NCBI GenBank assembly: GCA_012267415.1
Contig: JAAXGN010000008.1
Location: 719 to 64,718 of the forward strand
DNA length: 64,000 nt
Source: Candidatus Poribacteria bacterium
GTDB lineage: Bacteria; Poribacteria; WGA-4E; WGA-3G
Direction of reading: 5' to 3'
The notes beneath the pieces were generated by a model. The model was not told where the DNA came from and did not search any database. It worked only from the letters and a program-made list of their open reading frames with translations. The stretch's first letter is position 1. Every line of letters starts with the position of its first letter. Made by a program: the position numbers and the translations under genes. Shown piece after piece: positions 58,192 to 64,000 of this stretch.

Positions 58192-58272
58192 TCTTCAGTC
58201 CCGTAGGGACGATATGTTTATAGAAGAACGTGCAGTTAACCCTCTTTAGTCCCATAGGGACGATATGTTTAT
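58192..58272. repeat. Two 30-bp direct repeats separated by 21 nt
   Basis: tcttcagtcccGTAGggacgatatgtttat (58192-58221) and tctttagtcccatagggacgatatgtttat (58243-58272), with 2 mismatches. Each contains the small palindrome gtccc-nnn-gggac. Confidence 0.8.
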
Positions 58273-58440
58273 GTTATTGCCTAAAATAGCTGAAAACGTT
58301 CGGCAGCCACAGTAATTTTCAGGGATTTTTTTCGTTTTTTGCCCGTTTTGACTGAAATTTAGATGAAGATTTTTTCTTCACTTGCACCCTTTTTAGTCGA
58401 AAACTGTGTCTTTAATTATAGAGGGTATGACATATCGACT

Positions 58441-58606
58441 TGAAAGTATAGTGGAATGGACAATTAATGGGACACTTCTGTAGTGCAAACTTTTAGTTTG
58501 CGTCTCATCGGCACAAACTAAAAGTTTGTGCTACAATTTCTGTTGTTCGTTATGGTCCCGAAGCAGGTTTATCAAAGTGTCCCAATAATTTGAAAGTTCA
58601 CTATAT
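58441..58606. mobile_element. MITE-like element with imperfect terminal inverted repeats and two inverted GTAG hairpins
   Basis: The left end is tgaaagTATAGTGgaatggacaattaaTGGGACAC (58441-58475). The right end is GTGTCCCAataatttgaaagttCACTATAt (58577-58606). The internal hairpins are GTAGtgcaaacttttagtttgc (58480-58501) and the inverted copy gcacaaactaaaagtttgtgCTAC (58511-58534). Confidence 0.65.
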
Positions 58607-58715
58607 TTATCAAACTCACCTTATACTAAAGAGAATGTATCCCCTTATGGACAGATTTTTTTTGAAAGGAGAGCATCTGTGATGGAACATACAATCTTAC
58701 AAGGAGACAAATTTT

Positions 58716-59000
58716 ATGGTTTTCAAGAAATCTTTTGATACAGAAAGAGAAGCAAAGCAACAAGCTTGGGATGATTTACCAGTGTCAATGAAACCTGACA
58801 ATATTGACGTTCATACTGTACACACTTCTGTGCCTGTAAGTGAAACAGCTATCGTTATCAGCACGCCAGAAGATTGGATAAATACACCCAATTCAGGCAT
58901 GCTCTACATCATTGAGCATACCTTATCCACTTGTAGTATTTGGGTTAAAGGTAACAAAACAATAAAAAATGGGAAACTGAAATCGCACTTAATCCCGTAG
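58716..59000 (+). CDS. hypothetical small protein
   Basis: 94-aa ORF with AAGGAG 8 nt upstream of the ATG. No recognisable domain. Confidence 0.45.
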   Translation: MVFKKSFDTEREAKQQAWDDLPVSMKPDNIDVHTVHTSVPVSETAIVISTPEDWINTPNSGMLYIIEHTLSTCSIWVKGNKTIKNGKLKSHLIP

Positions 59001-59116
59001 CATACGGATATGATGATGCAATAGAATACTTGTTAAGTGCAGGGTGGTCTCGGCATGATATACCATTCCACTGCTTTCCTATAAATGGTTTGACAATCCA
59101 CGATACCTTTAAGTAC

Positions 59117-59145
59117 TTGAATATATTAATACATCTTACTATAAT
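59117..59145 (+). promoter_or_regulatory. near-consensus sigma70-type promoter for the PLD-SNF2 operon
   Basis: TTGAAT (59117-59122), a 17-nt spacer, then TATAAT (59140-59145), 45 nt upstream of the 59190 ATG. Confidence 0.5.
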
Positions 59146-59189
59146 AGAGTAAAACTTATAGTAATAATTCAAAACAGACTTGGAGAAAT

Positions 59190-62100
59190 ATGCAAATACC
59201 GACAATAATTGATAATGTTAATGATAACACCCTCCAAAAAGTATTGGAAACTCTTTTGATAAAAAGTGTCAACTTAGATATAGCAACCGGAACATTTGAA
59301 ATAGGCGCATTTCTGTCACTTGGAAAGGCATGGCAACATCTTGATCGCATTCGCATTCTTATGGGAGACGAAACGTCAAAACGCACAAAAGAACATATAA
59401 TTCAAGCATTACAAACAGCTACAGAGGATAGTATTGAATCTGAAAAAGAGAAAGACGATTCTATACCGGAACTCGCAGATGTTCGCAGGGCAATACGACG
59501 TGGTAAGATAGTCGTTCGTGTTTATGATCGTGCAAAATTTCACGCGAAACTCAACATAATGCAAACCGAAGAATCAAGGCCTTTCAACTTTGCTACCTAC
59601 GGTAGTTCTAACTTTACCTTACCTGGCCTGACCCAAAATATTGAATTAAATACATTCACTACAGACCGCACGCATATTGACGAGCTTCAAGGTTGGTATA
59701 ATGAACGTTGGGAGGAAGGAGCTGAAGTTAAAGCGGAGCTGCTTCGAACAATTCAACGACACCTAAAAGAATATCCACCATTCACAGTCTATGCCAAAGC
59801 ACTACAAGCATATTTTGAAGGACGTGAAAAACCTGCTGACGAATGGGAAGAAAATGAATCTGTTATATACCCCACACTTTCACGATACCAAAAAGATGGT
59901 TATCACGCGGCTCTTCAGATTGCAGATACGTGGAACGGTGCACTTATCTGTGATGGGGTTGGTAGTGGTAAAACATACATAGGTTTAATGATACTTGAAC
60001 GTGCCTTAAGAGAAAACAAACGTGTACTACTCATAACACCGAAATCAGTTGAGGAAAGCGTTTGGAAAAGTCAGATTAAACGGCAACTCCAAAAAAAATA
60101 TGGTCGTTTTCTTCGAGAGAACTATGATCTCAAACGACATACGGACCTCGGACGCAAAGGTGGAATCAGTGAAGATGATCTTGCGTATTTTCGTGAACAT
60201 AAGGATGTTATCATTATAGATGAAGCACACCATTTTCGGAATGCAAGCTCCAATCGTGGGAAAATGTTGATGGATATTGCCAGAGGAAAAGAACTCTATT
60301 TACTTACTGCCACGCCAATCAATAACAGTTTAAACGATATCTATCACTTGATAAACTATTTCGGACAGAATCGTAGGACTTATTTCTCGCGAATCGGTAT
60401 TCATGATTTCCGTAAACACTTTCGCGATATTGAAAAACGACTTGAGGATGTAGAAACGGAAATTGCTGAACAGGTTGAAGAAGAAGATTTCCTGCGACAA
60501 AACCCGATACTAAAACAGGTACTTATTCAACGTAGTCGCAAATACATCAAAGAGTCCGAACAGAAGTCGGGTGTTGACATCCTTTTTCCCAAACGTGTGA
60601 TTGAACCAACAGTAGATTATTCACTCAAAAAAGTCTACGGTTCACTCTATGATGAACTCAGGATCGCTTTTGACAGAAATTATCCGTTTATTAATCTGGC
60701 AATCTACAACACAGTCAGGTATCACAGAAGTCCGGAAAGGCAGCTTGAAAATCGTCAGAAACAGATTGTCGGTCTCATTCGAACACTTGTGCTAAAACGT
60801 TTGGAAAGTTCATGGCGGTCATTTGAAGTCACAATTGAGAACTTACTCCTAAAGATGGCAGAATGGCTTAAAAAGTATGCACCTGAACGTTTTGTAATAT
60901 GGGAAAATACAAACCGCAGAGAGTGGAGTGTGGCACAAGATCACATCAAGGAACGCCTCGAAGCAGATGGAATCCAATACGAACCCAGTGAAGAGGAAGA
61001 TGACATTGAATCAATCGAAATTGAAGATGATTTTATTCCTGAAGATCATGATTTAGAAAGATTGTTTAGAGATGTTGTAGTCGATATGAACTTCTTAACA
61101 CTCATCCTTAGCAAAATCTATAAGTCCTTCTATGCTGACGAGGTAGGAGGCGAACCTGCCACAGAAAAAGATGACAAGCTACAGCAACTCATAAAACTCT
61201 TAAAATCCGCACCTGATGAAAAGAGACTCATCTTTACCGAATTCTGTGACACCGCGCGGTATCTTAACAAACAACTGATGAATGCTGGTGTTACGGACAT
61301 TGAACAAATTGATAGTCGACGTAAAGTGAATCGAGAGGAAGTAATACAGCGATTTTCCCCCTTCTATAACGGGAAAACACCTTGCCAAAGCGGAAAACCT
61401 GTTAACACAGTCATCACAACAGATGTGCTTGCCGAGGGGCTAAACTTACAGGATGCGTCCGTTATCATCAACTACGACCTACATTGGAATCCAGTGAGAC
61501 TCATGCAACGTATCGGTAGATTAGACCGACGACTTGACGCAAACATTGAAGCGAAGCTTAGCCGCACTGACCCAACCGTTCATGTCTGGAATTTCCTACC
61601 CCCTGAGGAGCTTGAGGATATCCTTAAGCTTCGGAAACGGGTTGATGGCAAAATCCTACGCATCAGCCGCACACTTGGTATTGAAGGAAGGTTTGTTACC
61701 CCTGATGACGATAATGAAACCCTTAGACTATTCAATGAACGTTATGATGGTAGAGAAAGTACTGAGGAATTGATGAACCTTGAACGCCAACGTATCTCCG
61801 AAGCGCACTCTAAGTTGTGGCATCAACTGCCAGACCTACCAAAACGTCTCTTTTCAGGCAAAGATGTGAATATCAAACCTCCACCGATGCTTAATCGAGA
61901 TGGTGAGATAATTCCCCTCAAACGTATTGGGGATATAGGTGTTTTCTGCTGTTATGAGATGCCCATAGTTGAGAAACCCAAAGATGAGAAATCAAAAGGT
62001 GAAATTAAGTGGTACTTCTATGATGTTGAAAATGACCAAGTTATTGAAGATGTTAGGGACATTTGGCCCGAAATCCGCTGTGATATAGAAACGAAACGTT

Positions 62101-62234
62101 ATACTGAAGAAGGACCAGGCGAACTTAGAGATGCACTCAAAAAAGTTGAAAAGCACATTCAAGGGTATCTCATGAAAATACAAGCACCGATGGGTGCGAA
62201 ACCTAAACTCATTGCATGGATGGAAATTTGCTAA
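59190..62234 (+). CDS. fusion of an N-terminal PLD/HKD-like nuclease domain and an SNF2-family helicase
   Basis: N-terminal LDIATGTFEIGAF...IRILMGDE...FHAKLNIM...YGSSNFT (PLD-type HxK...GSxN). Helicase motifs DGVGSGKT, IIIDEAHHFRN, LLTATPINN, TDVLAEGLNLQD and QRIGRLDR, then a C-terminal extension of about 280 aa. Confidence 0.85.
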   Translation: MQIPTIIDNVNDNTLQKVLETLLIKSVNLDIATGTFEIGAFLSLGKAWQHLDRIRILMGDETSKRTKEHIIQALQTATEDSIESEKEKDDSIPELADVRRAIRRGKIVVRVYDRAKFHAKLNIMQTEESRPFNFATYGSSNFTLPGLTQNIELNTFTTDRTHIDELQGWYNERWEEGAEVKAELLRTIQRHLKEYPPFTVYAKALQAYFEGREKPADEWEENESVIYPTLSRYQKDGYHAALQIADTWNGALICDGVGSGKTYIGLMILERALRENKRVLLITPKSVEESVWKSQIKRQLQKKYGRFLRENYDLKRHTDLGRKGGISEDDLAYFREHKDVIIIDEAHHFRNASSNRGKMLMDIARGKELYLLTATPINNSLNDIYHLINYFGQNRRTYFSRIGIHDFRKHFRDIEKRLEDVETEIAEQVEEEDFLRQNPILKQVLIQRSRKYIKESEQKSGVDILFPKRVIEPTVDYSLKKVYGSLYDELRIAFDRNYPFINLAIYNTVRYHRSPERQLENRQKQIVGLIRTLVLKRLESSWRSFEVTIENLLLKMAEWLKKYAPERFVIWENTNRREWSVAQDHIKERLEADGIQYEPSEEEDDIESIEIEDDFIPEDHDLERLFRDVVVDMNFLTLILSKIYKSFYADEVGGEPATEKDDKLQQLIKLLKSAPDEKRLIFTEFCDTARYLNKQLMNAGVTDIEQIDSRRKVNREEVIQRFSPFYNGKTPCQSGKPVNTVITTDVLAEGLNLQDASVIINYDLHWNPVRLMQRIGRLDRRLDANIEAKLSRTDPTVHVWNFLPPEELEDILKLRKRVDGKILRISRTLGIEGRFVTPDDDNETLRLFNERYDGRESTEELMNLERQRISEAHSKLWHQLPDLPKRLFSGKDVNIKPPPMLNRDGEIIPLKRIGDIGVFCCYEMPIVEKPKDEKSKGEIKWYFYDVENDQVIEDVRDIWPEIRCDIETKRYTEEGPGELRDALKKVEKHIQGYLMKIQAPMGAKPKLIAWMEIC

Positions 62235-62273
62235 TCTGTATTGCTTATTTTTAGAAGGAGGAAGTCTATCAAG

Positions 62274-62711
62274 ATGAAAAACGACATTTCACATGAATCT
62301 AATACTATTCACGATTTTGAATCAATAATATCTCTTTTACGAAATAGGTTGAACTGGCCAATTTCTGATAACCAATCAAATTTTGATGATCTTACCCATT
62401 TCTGGTCTCCTGAGAACCTTGAACTTGATCCTAAAACCGAGAAACGCATTATTGGTTGTTGGCAGGTAAGAATTCTTAATCTCAAATTTTTCAATAGTAA
62501 GCAACCGTGGGGAATTTTCATCGTCCAATTTGAAAATAATGTACATATTGATAAATCAAGCACTCTCTTGAAAAGAGTTTTAAGAGGTCTTGTTGATAGG
62601 CGGGGTCGTAGTGCTTCACTTCCTTTCTGGCGTTACGACAGACTCCTCTTTATCTGCACAACAGAAGATTTTCAAAATTTCGGTTTTGTACTTCATGGGA
62701 AAGAAAAATGA
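62274..62711 (+). CDS. stand-alone paralog of the N-terminal domain of the downstream methyltransferase
   Basis: 146 aa from the ATG at 62274 (AGGAGG upstream). It aligns with residues 1-150 of the 62774 ORF: QPWGIFIVQFEN / QPWGIFFLQFNS, RVLRGLVDRRGR / RVLRGLVERRDR, and LLFICTTEDFQNFGF / LLFICTTPNYQQFAF. Confidence 0.7.
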   Translation: MKNDISHESNTIHDFESIISLLRNRLNWPISDNQSNFDDLTHFWSPENLELDPKTEKRIIGCWQVRILNLKFFNSKQPWGIFIVQFENNVHIDKSSTLLKRVLRGLVDRRGRSASLPFWRYDRLLFICTTEDFQNFGFVLHGKEK

Positions 62712-62773
62712 CCTTATCGTTGATGATTGTACTGAACTGAACAATTTTAAATTGAAAGCTTGAGGGAAAACGT

Positions 62774-64000
62774 ATGCCCAATATTACACCAAACGACATC
62801 CAAAACATCCGTGACTTTGATACGCTTTTAGACTTCTTCCGTGATAAACTTGATTGGCACATCCCCGAAGACTTTGAACTTGAAGATATGACTTTTTCCT
62901 GGTCCGCCGAAGACCTTGACCTTGACGAACCCACTGAAGAACGCATCTTCTATTGCAGACAGTTACCACCTTTCCCACCCATCCGATATACATTGTTTGG
63001 AGAAGCAACACAACCGTGGGGCATATTTTTCCTACAATTTAACAGCGAACATATCTATCGAACTACACTACGTCGTGTGCTGCGGGGATTGGTAGAAAGA
63101 CGCGATCGTGACCCAAACCTACCTTCTTGGAAACATGACCAACTCCTCTTTATCTGTACCACACCCAACTATCAACAATTTGCTTTCGCCAATTTTGCTG
63201 CAAATGAAAATTGGAGACGCTCAGTCCTTTCCATATTCTCTTGGGAACAGGGAGATACACACATCCGAACGCTATGTGAGTATAACCTACCTGCACTTGC
63301 TTATCCAAGCGATGGATTTCCAAATGACGAAGCATGGCTGAACGCGTGGAAAGAAGCATTTGATGTTGAGATCGTAACCGATAAGTTTTTCGCCGACTAT
63401 CAACGCGTTTTTTCACGGGTTGAAGCAGCTGTAACAGGTATTCCCGATAGCCTTGAAGAAAAAAAACGACTCTATACGCAACGGCTTTTTAACCGATTAA
63501 TGTTCTTACGGTTTATTGAAAAGAAGGGATGGTTGACCTACAACGGTAACCGTGAATACTTGCGCGCCATGTTTGATGCTACGGAAGCAGAAACCGATGA
63601 AAACTTTCTCAATGACCGACTCTATTGGGCTTTCTTCAATGGACTTGGTACTCCTGGGGGTGCACCTAACAACATACCTGAGGTTGTTGAACGACGGGGA
63701 GAAGTCCCATTTCTCAACGGTGGACTCTTTGAGATGCAGGACGACGATGCGCGCGGCACTGTCCATATTCCTAACGATAAATTTGACGAAATCCTAAAGC
63801 TTTTTGAAAGGTATAACTTCACGGTAACCGAATCCACACCGCTTGACGTTGAGGTAGCAGTAGACCCGGAAATGCTTGGTAAGGTGTTTGAAGAACTTGT
63901 TACCGGTAGGCACGACACAGGTAGCTACTATACCCCGCGTCCTGTTGTCTCCTTTATGTGTCGCGAAAGTCTGAAAATCTGCCTCCAGAATAAAACCGAT
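62774..64000 (+). CDS. COG1002/Eco57I-type (type IIG / PglX / DrmMI-like) N6-adenine DNA methyltransferase, N-terminal 409 codons (3-prime end outside window)
   Basis: The ORF is not in the supplied track because it has no stop in the window; I translated it by hand from the ATG at 62774 (GAGGG upstream). Motifs LFNRLMFLRFIEKKGWL, FLNGGLFE, ERYNFTVTES, VDPEMLGKVFEELV and GSYYTPRPVVSFM. The catalytic motifs would lie beyond 64000. Confidence 0.8.
   Translation, partial: MPNITPNDIQNIRDFDTLLDFFRDKLDWHIPEDFELEDMTFSWSAEDLDLDEPTEERIFYCRQLPPFPPIRYTLFGEATQPWGIFFLQFNSEHIYRTTLRRVLRGLVERRDRDPNLPSWKHDQLLFICTTPNYQQFAFANFAANENWRRSVLSIFSWEQGDTHIRTLCEYNLPALAYPSDGFPNDEAWLNAWKEAFDVEIVTDKFFADYQRVFSRVEAAVTGIPDSLEEKKRLYTQRLFNRLMFLRFIEKKGWLTYNGNREYLRAMFDATEAETDENFLNDRLYWAFFNGLGTPGGAPNNIPEVVERRGEVPFLNGGLFEMQDDDARGTVHIPNDKFDEILKLFERYNFTVTESTPLDVEVAVDPEMLGKVFEELVTGRHDTGSYYTPRPVVSFMCRESLKICLQNKTD

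Noticed and set aside
58192-58272. CRISPR-like mini-array (two 30-bp direct repeats with internal palindrome)
   Set aside because: There are only two repeat copies, the spacer is just 21 nt, the repeats differ at 2 positions, and no cas genes are in the window. It fits the local GTAG/hairpin repeat families better.
62309-63918. Minus-strand ORFs 62309-62563, 62650-62946, 62784-63011, 63150-63416, 63506-63766, 63622-63918 and plus-strand 63108-63341, 63552-63797
   Set aside because: All overlap the hand-translated methyltransferase ORF (frame of 62774) or its N-domain paralog, and those carry clear family motifs. The track fragments are alternate-frame artefacts.
1-64000. tRNA, rRNA, tmRNA, RNase P, transposase, integrase, RAYT or cas genes
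   Set aside because: I scanned the intergenic regions and ORF translations by eye. I found no T-arm GGTTCGAATCC-type motifs, no rRNA-like blocks, and no DDE, tyrosine/serine recombinase or Y1 transposase-like ORFs. A covariance-model scan would be needed to exclude small RNAs.

Overview
The window is a 64-kb chromosomal segment from a moderate-GC bacterium, probably an uncultured environmental lineage. Several large secreted proteins end in T9SS/FlgD-Ig-like C-terminal domains, and there are CRTAC1/ASPIC-UnbV, FGE-sulfatase and DUF4159 genes. Taxonomy cannot be fixed from sequence alone. About 53 protein genes are supported. The housekeeping backbone comprises mmsA, ctpA, gatCA, pcrA, thiD, murJ, hisF, gmhA, glpD, livHM plus a binding protein, purB and nnr. 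I found no rRNA, tRNA, transposase, integrase or cas genes. Accessory content worth a second look: (1) At the right edge, a PLD-nuclease/SNF2-helicase fusion, a stand-alone copy of a methyltransferase N-domain, and a large COG1002/Eco57I-type adenine methyltransferase that runs off the window. That last ORF is absent from the supplied track and was translated by hand. The locus looks DISARM-class-1-like or BREX-like. (2) A co-directional block of C5-methyltransferase, restriction endonuclease, membrane vWA protein and SNF2-SWIM helicase. (3) An envelope trio of SBP-OmpA fusion, tail-anchored vWA protein and a second SBP-OmpA fusion, next to a DUF4159 gene. (4) A ComF-like PRTase interrupted at an A7 slippery run, followed by a DprA-like gene. 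(5) A RelE/ParE plus HicB-like TA pair with an orphan antitoxin paralog elsewhere. (6) A pervasive family of GTAG-footed hairpins (REP/REPIN-like) and MITE-like elements. One copy sits in-frame inside a CDS, and others supply gene stop codons. All family names come from motif recognition by eye. No database search was run.
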